Shown in pieces: positions 51,779 through 61,674 of a stretch of DNA of 64,000 bases. The notes beneath the pieces were generated by a model that did no database searches, was not told where the DNA came from, and saw only the letters and a program-made list of their open reading frames with translations. Made by a program: the position numbers and the translations under genes. The number at the start of each line of letters is the position of its first letter. The first letter of the stretch is position 1. The stretch spans positions 114,321-178,320 of the forward strand of contig JAIORB010000027.1 in assembly GCA_021108325.1 (NCBI GenBank), given 5' to 3'. Origin of the DNA: Bacteroidales bacterium. GTDB taxonomy: Bacteria > Bacteroidota > Bacteroidia > Bacteroidales > UBA12077.

Positions 51779-52780
51779 ATGAGAAAACTTATTCTTTCAA
51801 TTATTGCTTTAACTATTCTGTTATCTTCTTGTAAAGATAATGATTCATCAAAATTATTAACTAATGTAACGGGAAAATCAGGCGAAGTTGTATTGGTTAT
51901 AGAGCCCGATCATTGGAGTTCAAATATTGGGATTGAGTTCAGAAAAAAGTTGAGTCAGGTGCATCCTGCTTTGCCACAACAAGAACCAATATTCGATCTG
52001 GTACATATTCCATATAATGCGTTTACCAATATTTTTAAAACACACAGGAATATTGTTATTGCCAGGGTCGATAAAGATTTGCACGAGCCAAAAATGGTTA
52101 TTCAGAAGAATCTTTGGGCTAAACCTCAGATTATAGTAAATGTTTTAGCTCCTGATGATAGTAGTTTAGAGGTTCTTGTTCGAGAAAAAGGCGATTTGCT
52201 GATCGATAAGATTCTTAAAATGGAAATGGAAAGATATGCTAATAATTATAAAAAATACGAACAAATTGGTGTTGCTGATCGAATTGAAAAGAAATTTGGA
52301 ATTAGAATAACTGTTCCGAAAGGTTATACTTTGGATTTAGATACAACAGATTTTATTTGGATGGAGAATAGGGGCCGTGGTGATCTTGTTCAGGGAATTT
52401 TAGTTTATTCTTATGATAAACCGGATGTTGAATTAACAACGGATTATTTATTCGCTAAAAGAACACAATTTACAAAACGATTTATTCCCGGGCCAACAGA
52501 TGGTTCATATATGGCTGTTGAAACAGAAGCTATTCCTTATCGAAGAGAAATTGCAGTTAATGATATTAATGTAATTGAATTAAGAAATCTCTGGAAAGTT
52601 GAAAACGATTTTATGGGTGGACCTTTTGTTAGTTTTTCTTTTATTGATGATAAGCAAAATAAAGTAATTAATATTGATGGATTTGTTTTTGCCCCGCAGT
52701 TTGATAAGCGTAATTATTTACGTCAGGTAGAAGCAATTCTTAATTCTGTGCAGAAACCGGTTAATGAGTCAGATAATTAG
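51779..52780 (+). CDS. DUF4837 family lipoprotein
   Basis: Lipobox LSSC; LPQQEPIF, WAKPQ, RNLWKVENDFMGGPFV, KRNYLRQVEAI. Confidence 0.8.
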   Translation: MRKLILSIIALTILLSSCKDNDSSKLLTNVTGKSGEVVLVIEPDHWSSNIGIEFRKKLSQVHPALPQQEPIFDLVHIPYNAFTNIFKTHRNIVIARVDKDLHEPKMVIQKNLWAKPQIIVNVLAPDDSSLEVLVREKGDLLIDKILKMEMERYANNYKKYEQIGVADRIEKKFGIRITVPKGYTLDLDTTDFIWMENRGRGDLVQGILVYSYDKPDVELTTDYLFAKRTQFTKRFIPGPTDGSYMAVETEAIPYRREIAVNDINVIELRNLWKVENDFMGGPFVSFSFIDDKQNKVINIDGFVFAPQFDKRNYLRQVEAILNSVQKPVNESDN

Positions 52781-52857
52781 CCACAGTTATTGATTATAGA
52801 AAAGTATCAAGATTTTAATATCAAGTATAAAGATGTCCTGATACTCAATACTCATAT

Positions 52858-53524
52858 CTATGTTCTTTGAGATTTTAATAAATAACCCCCTTTTTCTCCT
52901 CCTTCAGGTCCAAGCTCGATTAAATAATCAGCCACTTTTATTAACCACGGATGATGCTCAATGATATATAAAGCATGTCCTTCATCCCTTAATTTTAAGA
53001 GCACCCTCGCGTAAGTTTTTATTTGGATCTTTTATTAAAAGTTCAGGATCGATTCGGTCTTCTACTCCCAATCCTTTGCAATGAGAACATGCTCCTTCAG
53101 GATTGTTGAATGAAAAAAGACTTCTGGTTAATTTTAGTTTTGAAAACAGTTTAGATTTTTCTCCTGTTCGGGCAAAAAGTAATCTTAGGTAATCGTACAA
53201 TTCACTCATTGTACCAACAGTCGATCGTGGATTTCGACTTACTGTTTTTTGGTCAACAGAAATGGCAGGCATTAAACCTTCGATACGCTCAACTTCAGGG
53301 CGGTTCATTTTTCCCAAAAACTGGCGGGCATAAGACGAAAAGGATTCAAAATATCTTCTTTGACTTTCTTTACAAATTATATCATAGACTAAGGAAGATT
53401 TTCCCGAACCTGAAACACCCGTAAAACACGTAATCTGGTGATGAGGAATTTTGAGACTTACATCTTTTAAATTGTGTTCGCGCGCTTTTTCAATAGCGAT
53501 ATATTGCTGTTCCTTTTCTTTCAT
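52858..53524 (-). pseudogene. uvrA: UvrA-like gene with a large internal deletion (N-terminal 180 aa plus out-of-frame C-terminal tail)
   Basis: [48 protein letters not shown]; then in the +1 frame [38 protein letters not shown] to TAG at 52858. Confidence 0.88.
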
Positions 53525-53606
53525 TCTGTGTTAAATTGGAGGAACAAAGATACAGAAATTGATTTTTATTGATACTTTTACGATTATTAGATAAAGTTCA
53601 AAATAA

Positions 53607-54188
53607 ATGAAAAAGCAGAATTTTCTATTTGTAATTTTCTTTTTGGTCTCGTTTTTAAACTTAAATGGCCAAAATATTAAAATAGAAATTAAAACAGAAT
53701 TAGGATCTATTATCGCTGAATTATATTCTGATAAAGCTCCGGTTACTTGTGCGAATTTTATTAAATATATCGATCAAAATAAACTGGAAGGAGCAAATTT
53801 CTATCGTGTTGTAAGGATGGATAATCAGCCAAACAATGAAATAAAGATTGAGGTTATTCAGGGTGGTCTTGGTTTTGATGTGGAAGAATCGCCATTTCCT
53901 CCAATAAGGCATGAAACAACAAAAGAAACAGGAGTATTACATAAAGGAGGAACTTTATCAATGGCTCGTGCAGAACCTGGAACTGCCAGTTCAGAATTCT
54001 TTATTTGTATTGGAGATCAACCCGAATTAGATTATGGTGGTAAAAGAAATTCTGATGGACAGGGTTTTGCTGCATTTGGGGAAATAATTAAAGGGATGGA
54101 TATTGTAAGAGAAATTCAAAATATGCCGGATGAAGGGCAGCTGCTTTTAAAATCGGTTAGAATAGATTCTATTGAAATTCTTAAATAA
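53607..54188 (+). CDS. Secreted cyclophilin-type peptidyl-prolyl isomerase
   Basis: Signal peptide; APVTCANF, FYRVV, VIQGG, GTLSMAR, SEFFI, GFAAFG. Confidence 0.9.
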   Translation: MKKQNFLFVIFFLVSFLNLNGQNIKIEIKTELGSIIAELYSDKAPVTCANFIKYIDQNKLEGANFYRVVRMDNQPNNEIKIEVIQGGLGFDVEESPFPPIRHETTKETGVLHKGGTLSMARAEPGTASSEFFICIGDQPELDYGGKRNSDGQGFAAFGEIIKGMDIVREIQNMPDEGQLLLKSVRIDSIEILK

Positions 54189-54308
54189 TGATTTTCTTCC
54201 ACATGTGTTAATATGGAGGGAAGAGTATTTTATATCAAAAAATATTCCGAATTTGTAATAAATTGTAATTTTTATCTACTTATTTTTCAGAAAACAAAAT
54301 TTTAAAAA

Positions 54309-54818
54309 TTGAGTAATAGAAATTTAAAAGAGGAGTTTGTTTCACAAATTGAAAAACACCAGGGAATTATTTATAAAGTTTCCCGGATGTATTGTGATAA
54401 AGAAGAGTGTAGGCAAGATCTTTTTCAAGATATTCTGGTTCAATTATGGCAATCGTTTCCTACATTCAATAAACAATCGAAATTTTCGACATGGATGTAT
54501 AGAGTAGCTTTGAATACAGCAATTGCCCAATTCAGAAAAGACAAAAAAAACAACGAGGATACTATGTCTGAAATACCGGTAAATATAATCGAAGAAGAAA
54601 GTTATAAAGAAAAAGAAGACAGAAAGGAACTTGTACAAAGGGCAATTAATAAATTGAGTAAAGCCGAAAAAGCGATTATTATATTATATATGGATGATTA
54701 CACTTACGAAGAAATATCTGAAATTGCTGGTATTACAATGTCAAATGTTGGAGTAAAAATTAGTAGGATTAAAACCAAGTTACAAAAAATCTTAAAGGAG
54801 CTGGAATATGGACTTTAA
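54309..54818 (+). CDS. ECF sigma-70 factor
   Basis: DLFQDILVQLW, FSTWMYRVALNTA, YEEISEIAGIT.SNVGVKISRIK; TTG start. Confidence 0.92.
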   Translation: MSNRNLKEEFVSQIEKHQGIIYKVSRMYCDKEECRQDLFQDILVQLWQSFPTFNKQSKFSTWMYRVALNTAIAQFRKDKKNNEDTMSEIPVNIIEEESYKEKEDRKELVQRAINKLSKAEKAIIILYMDDYTYEEISEIAGITMSNVGVKISRIKTKLQKILKELEYGL

Positions 54819-55452
54819 AGAAATAAAAAATGTCTGGAAAGATTCAGTAAAAGATGAAAAACTTCTAAATAAAGAAGAAATTGAAGCTAAATTGAAAATT
54901 AAAGGCAAATCAAATACTGCCCTTAATAAGGTAAAACGTAATTATAAAATTGAATTAATATTAGGAGGAAGTTTCTCTGTTTTTTTTATAGTATGGATGT
55001 TCATGAATTTAGCAATGGATTATAAGTTTATTATAATTACTTTGACCGTATTGTTTTTTGGAATACTTATATCTTTTACATGGAGAAATTTCAGAAAAGT
55101 AAGAAAAACAGTAATATCAAGTGAGCAATTAAAACCTGCGCTGGTTAAAACGATTAAAGATATAGAGATATATGTAAATTTTAACAAAAGTAATTTCAGT
55201 AAGTTTCTACTATTACCTTTTGCTATTTGTTTTGGGATGGTAATAGGTTTGTTTATGAATTCAGAGGATAAGGGAATTTTGGAGATCTTTGATTCAGTTG
55301 AAATTATCAAACTAGTAGTAACTTTGGTAATTGTAAGCGCTGTTTTTATTCCAATCTCTCAATATTTCAATAAGAAAATGTATAAACAACACCTGGATGA
55401 ACTAAAACAGTGCCTGAAAGAGTTTGAAAATATTGAAGATGAAAACAAGTAA
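54808..55452 (+). CDS. Putative 4-TM anti-sigma factor
   Basis: Overlaps the sigma stop; MDFKEIKNVWK N-terminus; four hydrophobic helices. Confidence 0.75.
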   Translation: MDFKEIKNVWKDSVKDEKLLNKEEIEAKLKIKGKSNTALNKVKRNYKIELILGGSFSVFFIVWMFMNLAMDYKFIIITLTVLFFGILISFTWRNFRKVRKTVISSEQLKPALVKTIKDIEIYVNFNKSNFSKFLLLPFAICFGMVIGLFMNSEDKGILEIFDSVEIIKLVVTLVIVSAVFIPISQYFNKKMYKQHLDELKQCLKEFENIEDENK

Positions 55453-55538
55453 TTAGATTTGTAAACAACTGAGTTTTAGTTTTCTGTCAATCTTAATATA
55501 ACTTATGTAAAAGTCAATCTAAATTAAAAATTAATAAT

Positions 55539-56432
55539 ATGGAAGAAAACTATTTAATCGAAAAAAAGCCAGCAATTAAACAAGCGTGGTTAAGAATTTT
55601 ATTATTTATTATAATGTACCTTGTTGGTAGTGTAGTGATGACTATGATAGCTGGTGCGTTTATAGTATTAACCGGATATGTTTCTCTCGAAGAGCTACAA
55701 TCAGTAATGGGTAATAAAGGAGATATTAATATTTTGATTTTTACTCAATTTTTTTCATTGATAGCGGTTGCATTATCTATTTGGGTATTTAGAAAATTTA
55801 TAGATAAGAAATCAATCATCTCTCTTGGTTTTACAATAAAAGGAAGACTAAAAGATATTGTTGCGGGTTTTTTACTTGGATTTATTCTTCTATTACTGGG
55901 ATTTCTAATACTTTATTTTATAAATCAACTTGAAGTTACAGGAATTACTTATAGTGCTAAAGCCATTTTGGGTTCTTTGATCTTATTTATTATCGTAGCT
56001 GTTGTCGAAGAAAGTATGATGAGAGGTTACATTTTGAATAATCTAATAGAGTCGTTAAAGAATAAATATATCGCACTCTTAATATCGGCTGTTATTTTTG
56101 CACTTTTTCATGGGATAAACCCCAATATTACGATACTTGGTTTTATAAACTTGATTTTTGCCGGTTTAGCTTTGGGAATAACTTATGTTCATACTAAGAA
56201 TTTATGGTTCCCGATTTTTCTTCATATAAGCTGGAATTTTTTCCAAGGCCCGATTTTTGGTTTCGAAGTAAGCGGATTAAATATTAAATCAATCATAAAT
56301 CATGATGTATTAGGTAGTGATTTGATTACAGGAGGAAAATTTGGTTTCGAAGGCTCAATAATAATCACTGTTTTATTAATTGGAATGATCCTTTCAATCG
56401 AATTAATATTCAGGAAACGAATTAAAGATTAA
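55539..56432 (+). CDS. CPBP (CAAX/Abi) intramembrane metalloprotease
   Basis: EESMMRGY, FALFH, HISWNF motifs; multiple TMs. Confidence 0.9.
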   Translation: MEENYLIEKKPAIKQAWLRILLFIIMYLVGSVVMTMIAGAFIVLTGYVSLEELQSVMGNKGDINILIFTQFFSLIAVALSIWVFRKFIDKKSIISLGFTIKGRLKDIVAGFLLGFILLLLGFLILYFINQLEVTGITYSAKAILGSLILFIIVAVVEESMMRGYILNNLIESLKNKYIALLISAVIFALFHGINPNITILGFINLIFAGLALGITYVHTKNLWFPIFLHISWNFFQGPIFGFEVSGLNIKSIINHDVLGSDLITGGKFGFEGSIIITVLLIGMILSIELIFRKRIKD

Positions 56433-56482
56433 AATAATCCAATAAAGCATGAAAAAAGAGATACGATACCCTGTTAAAATTA

Positions 56483-57034
56483 TTAAAAACGGATAAAGAA
56501 ACCTAAATCAAAAGCGGGAAAAATTTCGGTTCCTCCTATATCTAATGATATACCTCCTCCAAAATTAATTCCAAACATTTCTCCTAAATTAATATCCGCT
56601 CCTGCTAAGAATGATGGTCCCCAAGCTGGCCATTCATCAATATAGTCATCGATATATTGACTATTTTCTCCAAAAACTCCAAATTGCAAGTCAATATAAA
56701 CAGGTTTGTAAAAATACATTTTAAGTCCTGCATTTAAAAAAATTGGAAATCCAATGTTATTTGGGGTATATCCTAAACCTAAATGTGGTGCAAATGCAAA
56801 ATCTTCACCCAGTCTCCATTGTGCACGGACACCTATTCCTCCATAACTACGACCAAAGCCAGCACCTAAACTAAAATGTTTTTCATAGTATGTATAATTA
56901 TTAGCTACTTGTTCTTTAGCAAGAGAGTGTTGAATTTTGTTAATGTTTTCATGAGAGTCAATTAATTCACTACCATAACTTTTGGTATAAAGAATTAAAT
57001 TAGCCAATAGTAATATTATTAAAACTCTTTTCAT
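56483..57034 (-). CDS. Small outer-membrane beta-barrel protein
   Basis: Signal peptide, alternating Gly/aromatic strands, C-terminal LGFFIRF. Confidence 0.7.
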   Translation of the reverse strand: MKRVLIILLLANLILYTKSYGSELIDSHENINKIQHSLAKEQVANNYTYYEKHFSLGAGFGRSYGGIGVRAQWRLGEDFAFAPHLGLGYTPNNIGFPIFLNAGLKMYFYKPVYIDLQFGVFGENSQYIDDYIDEWPAWGPSFLAGADINLGEMFGINFGGGISLDIGGTEIFPAFDLGFFIRF

Positions 57035-57167
57035 TTTTGTATAAATTTGTTAATGTATATATACGAAATTAAATATTTAATAAATGAAAGTCAAATTCCT
57101 AAGAGTATTAAATTGTTTTTTTAGCAAACAGAATGACTTTTTATCTCAGAAATTTATTAAAATTAAG

Positions 57168-57623
57168 ATGATGAACAAAAAACAAAGTATCGAGCAATTT
57201 CTTGCACCTAAAAAAATGGCGATAGCAGGGGTGTCCGGTAATTCAAAAAAATTCGGGTACATGGTTTTTAATGAACTTAGACAAAAAGGATTCGATGTTT
57301 GCCCTATTAATCCAAAATTAGACGAAATCGATGAAGTTAAAGTGTATAAATCAGTATCAGATATTCCTAATGATTACGAAAAGTTGTTTATCGTTACACC
57401 AAAATCGGAAACGGATACAATTATAAAGCAAGCTGCAGAAAAGGGCATAAAGCATATTTGGGTGCAACAAATGTCGAATACAAAAGAAACTAAGCAAGTT
57501 GCTCAACAATACAATATTGATTTAATTGAAAAAGAATGCATATTTATGTTTGCTGAACCTGTTAAAAGTATTCATAAGTTCCATAAAACAATCTGGAAAA
57601 TATTTGGATTGTTGCCAAAATAG
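57168..57623 (+). CDS. CoA-binding protein (YccU-like)
   Basis: AIAGVSGNSKKFG, PINP, IKHIWVQ, ECIFM; likely start 57168/57171 (ORF track 57084). Confidence 0.88.
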   Translation: MMNKKQSIEQFLAPKKMAIAGVSGNSKKFGYMVFNELRQKGFDVCPINPKLDEIDEVKVYKSVSDIPNDYEKLFIVTPKSETDTIIKQAAEKGIKHIWVQQMSNTKETKQVAQQYNIDLIEKECIFMFAEPVKSIHKFHKTIWKIFGLLPK

Positions 57624-57694
57624 TTAAAATATATTAAATCTGTTTTAAGCAATTTTTATTTTGTTATGTTTGTGCAAAATAAATTAAACTTATC

Positions 57695-58162
57695 ATGATG
57701 AAAAAAGCAATCTTTTTTTTAGTTTTTTCTTTAATAATAATAGCTGCATGTGATGATGATGATAATTCATTAAGTTATGATGAACAATTAGCTGTTGATA
57801 TTGAGAAAATAGAAAATTATCTTTTAGAAAACAATCTTTCTGCGGACTCTACGGGGTCGGGTCTACATTATATTATTGAAGAAGAAGGTACGGGAGATTA
57901 TCCTGATTTGGAATCTTTTGTAAAAATTAACTATACAGGTACATTATTAAATGGAGAGGTATTCGATGAAGGTACAATAGACTACTATCCTTTATATTCT
58001 CTTATTGAGGGTTGGCAGGAAGGTATGCAGTTGTTTAGAAAAGGAGGGTATGGAACACTCTTTATTCCTTCCGGGATAGGTTATGGTTCAACTGCTCAAT
58101 CTACTATCCCTGCTAATTCAGTCTTGATTTTTGAGGTTGAATTAGTTGGTTTTGTTAATTGA
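57695..58162 (+). CDS. FKBP-type peptidyl-prolyl isomerase lipoprotein
   Basis: Lipobox IAAC + DDDDN; YTGTLLNGEVFD, LIEGWQEG, IPSGIGYG, LIFEVEL. Confidence 0.93.
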   Translation: MMKKAIFFLVFSLIIIAACDDDDNSLSYDEQLAVDIEKIENYLLENNLSADSTGSGLHYIIEEEGTGDYPDLESFVKINYTGTLLNGEVFDEGTIDYYPLYSLIEGWQEGMQLFRKGGYGTLFIPSGIGYGSTAQSTIPANSVLIFEVELVGFVN

Positions 58163-58190
58163 TTAATTTAAACAAGAAGGAAATTTAAAA

Positions 58191-59234
58191 TTATTCTTTC
58201 ATTTGATTCCATCCTTGAGCCTGAAGTGCAATTGATTGCCCACTGTTTGTAATCAGTACTGCTCCGTGTTCTTTATCTGTGATATGACCTATTGGATGAA
58301 TCATTGATTGATCTTTGATCTTCTCAAGATCATTTATATCAATTGTGAATAATAATTCGTAATCCTCTCCACCGTTTAAGGCTGCAGTTAAAGGATCAAT
58401 GTTAAATTCTTCGGCCATTTTTTCGGTGTTTAAATCAATTGGAATTTTATCCTGGAAAATCTTACAACCCACAGTAGACTTTTTACAAATATGAAAAATC
58501 TCAGAAGACAAACCATCCGAAATATCGATCATCGATGTTGGTTTAACATTTAATTCTCTTAAAATTTTAATTACATCTTTTCGGGCTTCTGGTTTTAATT
58601 GACGCTGAAGAATGTAATCGTAGCCCTCCAGGCTAGGGCTAAAACCCGGATCTGTTTTGAAGATTTCTTTTTCTCGCTCCAATAGTTGTAAACCCATATA
58701 TGCACTTCCTAAATTACCTGTAACACAAACAACATCATTCTTCTTTGCCGTATTTCTATAGGTAATTTTTTCTTTTCTAGCTTCACCAATTGCTGTAATA
58801 CTAATTGCCAAACCAGTCAACGACGATGATGTATCACCACCAATTAGATCAACGTTGTATTGTTCACATGCCAGTTTAATTCCTTCATAAATTTGTTCAA
58901 TATGCTCAACAGCAAATTTTTTTGATATAGCCAACGAAACGGTTATTTGTTTTGGTGTGGCATTCATTGCATAAATATCTGATAGATTTACAACTACTGC
59001 CTTATATCCTAGATGTTTTAATGGTGTATAAATTAGGTTAAAGTGAATGCCTTCAACAAGAAGGTCAGTTGTAATTATTGCACAAATATCTCCATATTCA
59101 ATAACTGCTGCATCATCACCAACTCCTTTAAGCGTATTTTTATGATTAAGTTTTATACCTTTTGTAATATGATCAATTAGTCCAAACTCCCCTAATTCTG
59201 ATATTTCCCTTAGTTTTTGTTTATTGTCGTCCAT
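58191..59234 (-). CDS. thiL: Thiamine-monophosphate kinase
   Basis: LGEFGLI, GDDAAV, NLSDIYAM, GGDT, MIDISDGL, GGEDYELLFT. Confidence 0.96.
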   Translation of the reverse strand: MDDNKQKLREISELGEFGLIDHITKGIKLNHKNTLKGVGDDAAVIEYGDICAIITTDLLVEGIHFNLIYTPLKHLGYKAVVVNLSDIYAMNATPKQITVSLAISKKFAVEHIEQIYEGIKLACEQYNVDLIGGDTSSSLTGLAISITAIGEARKEKITYRNTAKKNDVVCVTGNLGSAYMGLQLLEREKEIFKTDPGFSPSLEGYDYILQRQLKPEARKDVIKILRELNVKPTSMIDISDGLSSEIFHICKKSTVGCKIFQDKIPIDLNTEKMAEEFNIDPLTAALNGGEDYELLFTIDINDLEKIKDQSMIHPIGHITDKEHGAVLITNSGQSIALQAQGWNQMKE

Positions 59235-59305
59235 CTTAAAAATTGATATTTATCATGAATAAAAAAGATTAAACAATCTTGCTTTATTAGTTGTTATATT
59301 TTAAA

Positions 59306-59313
59306 TATATTTG
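59306..59313 (+). promoter_or_regulatory. Sigma-A -7 box upstream of sufB
   Basis: TATATTTG followed by CA. Confidence 0.55.
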
Positions 59314-59375
59314 CACCCAATTTAGATTTAATCTATTTAAGCGTAGCGCCGGTTTTTTAGAGATTTTGCAAAGTT

Positions 59376-60824
59376 ATGGAAAAAGATCAAGATAAAATAT
59401 TAAACGAAGTAACTCAGGGAGAATATAAATATGGTTTTGTTACTGATATTGAAAATGAAACTATCCCAAAGGGCTTAAATGAAGATGTTGTTAGGCTGAT
59501 TTCTCAAAAAAAGAATGAACCGGAATTTATGTTAGAGGCTAGGTTGAAAGCTTTTCGGCACTGGCAAACTTTAATAATGCCCGAATGGGCTCATTTGATT
59601 ATCCCAAAAATTAATTATCAGGATATTATATATTACGCAGCACCTAAACAGAAAGCTACTTTGGAAAGCATGGATGATGTTGATCCTGAGTTAAAAGCTA
59701 CTTTCGATAAATTAGGAATTCCTTTAGATGAGCAAAAACTAATGTCTGGAGTTGCAGTTGATGCAGTTATGGATAGTGTCTCGGTAAAAACTACTTTTAA
59801 AGAAAACCTGGCTGAATTGGGAATTATTTTCTGTTCGTTTAGCGAAGCAGTTCAGGAACATCCCGATCTTATTAAAAAATATATGGGATCGGTTGTACCA
59901 TATACCGACAATTATTTTGCAGCGTTAAATTCAGCTGTATTTAGTGATGGTTCATTTTGTTATATTCCAAAAGGAGTAAGATGTCCAATGGAATTATCAA
60001 CATATTTTAGAATTAATGCAGCTAATACAGGACAATTTGAAAGAACTTTAATTATTGCTGATGATGATGCTTATGTGAGCTATTTAGAAGGTTGTACAGC
60101 ACCACAAAGAGACGAGAACCAGCTTCATGCTGCAATTGTTGAAATTGTTACACATAAAAATGCTGAAGTAAAGTATTCGACAGTACAGAACTGGTATCCG
60201 GGTGATAAAAACGGGAAAGGTGGTATTTACAATTTTGTAACTAAGCGTGGAAAATGTGCTGGTGAAAATTCAAAAATATCCTGGACTCAAGTTGAAACAG
60301 GTTCTGCGATTACCTGGAAATATCCAAGTTGTTTATTATTAGGAGATAATTCGGTTGGCGAATTTTATTCTGTTGCTGTAACTAATAATCACCAACAAGC
60401 CGATACGGGAACTAAAATGATACATATTGGTAAAAACACTAAAAGCACTATTGTATCAAAAGGAATTTCAGCAGGACTAAGTCAAAATAGTTATCGTGGT
60501 TTGGTAAAAGTAGTTAAGAATGCTACAAATGCCCGTAACTTTTCACAATGCGATAGTCTTTTATTAAGCGATAAATGCGGAGCTCACACCTTTCCATATA
60601 TCGAAGTAGATAATAAAGATTCAATTGTTGAACATGAAGCTACTACATCAAAAATTGGTGAAGACCAAATTTTCTATTGTAATCAGCGTGGAATTAAAAC
60701 TGAAGATGCAATTGGTTTAATTGTAAACGGATATGCAAAAGAAGTGTTAAATAAACTACCTATGGAGTTTGCTGTTGAAGCGCAAAAATTATTACAAATT
60801 AGCTTGGAAGGAAGTGTTGGATAA
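59376..60824 (+). CDS. sufB: Fe-S cluster assembly protein SufB
   Basis: [39 protein letters not shown]. Confidence 0.98.
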   Translation: MEKDQDKILNEVTQGEYKYGFVTDIENETIPKGLNEDVVRLISQKKNEPEFMLEARLKAFRHWQTLIMPEWAHLIIPKINYQDIIYYAAPKQKATLESMDDVDPELKATFDKLGIPLDEQKLMSGVAVDAVMDSVSVKTTFKENLAELGIIFCSFSEAVQEHPDLIKKYMGSVVPYTDNYFAALNSAVFSDGSFCYIPKGVRCPMELSTYFRINAANTGQFERTLIIADDDAYVSYLEGCTAPQRDENQLHAAIVEIVTHKNAEVKYSTVQNWYPGDKNGKGGIYNFVTKRGKCAGENSKISWTQVETGSAITWKYPSCLLLGDNSVGEFYSVAVTNNHQQADTGTKMIHIGKNTKSTIVSKGISAGLSQNSYRGLVKVVKNATNARNFSQCDSLLLSDKCGAHTFPYIEVDNKDSIVEHEATTSKIGEDQIFYCNQRGIKTEDAIGLIVNGYAKEVLNKLPMEFAVEAQKLLQISLEGSVG

Positions 60825-60882
60825 ATAAAGTTCCAGGTTTCAAGTTAAAAGAATTAAGAATTTTAAAATATACAATATAATC

Positions 60883-61632
60883 ATGTTAAGTATAAAAAAT
60901 TTACACGCATCCATTGAAGGAAAAGAGATTCTGAAAGGAATTAATCTTGAAGTAAAAGCAGGAGAGGTTCATGCTATTATGGGCCCGAATGGTTCAGGGA
61001 AAAGTACTTTGGCATCAGTTTTGGCTGGAAGGGAACTTTTTGAAGTTACTGAAGGTAAAATAACTTATTTAGGAAATAACCTTTTTGAAATGTCTCCTGA
61101 AGAGCGTGCAAGCGAAGGAATATTCCTTGGGTTTCAGTATCCGATCGAAATTCCGGGTGTTAGTATGGTTAATTTTATGAAAACTGCAGTAAATGAACAG
61201 CGAAAACATAAAGGACTGGAACCTTTATCTTCGTCAGATTTCTTAAAACTAATGCGCGAAAAAAAGAAATTAGTTGAACTAGATGCAGATTTAGTAAGCA
61301 GGTCGGTTAATGAAGGTTTTTCAGGTGGAGAGAAAAAAAGAAATGAAATTTTCCAGATGGCGATGTTGGAACCAAAATTATCAATTCTGGATGAAACGGA
61401 TTCAGGTTTGGATATTGACGCATTAAAAGTGGTTGCAAACGGAGTAAATAAATTAAAATCTCCTGATAATGCAAGTATCGTAATTACTCATTATCAAAGA
61501 TTGCTTGATTATATAGTTCCCGACTTTGTTCATGTTTTATATAATGGCAAAATAATTAAATCCGGGGGAAAAGAACTGGCTCTTGAGCTTGAAGAAAAGG
61601 GATATGACTGGCTGAAGAAAGGTGTTGAATAA
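60883..61632 (+). CDS. sufC: Fe-S cluster assembly ATPase SufC
   Basis: GPNGSGKST, NEGFSGGEKKRNE, LDETDSGLD, ITHYQRLL. Confidence 0.98.
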   Translation: MLSIKNLHASIEGKEILKGINLEVKAGEVHAIMGPNGSGKSTLASVLAGRELFEVTEGKITYLGNNLFEMSPEERASEGIFLGFQYPIEIPGVSMVNFMKTAVNEQRKHKGLEPLSSSDFLKLMREKKKLVELDADLVSRSVNEGFSGGEKKRNEIFQMAMLEPKLSILDETDSGLDIDALKVVANGVNKLKSPDNASIVITHYQRLLDYIVPDFVHVLYNGKIIKSGGKELALELEEKGYDWLKKGVE

Positions 61633-61674
61633 TAGAGTATAAAGAACAGTAATCGGATTTTTAAAAGCAATGTT

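Noticed and set aside
59235-59375. Possible TPP riboswitch upstream of thiL
   Set aside because: No CTGAGA/ACCTG-type TPP core on either strand; the region is short, AT-rich and shared with the sufB promoter
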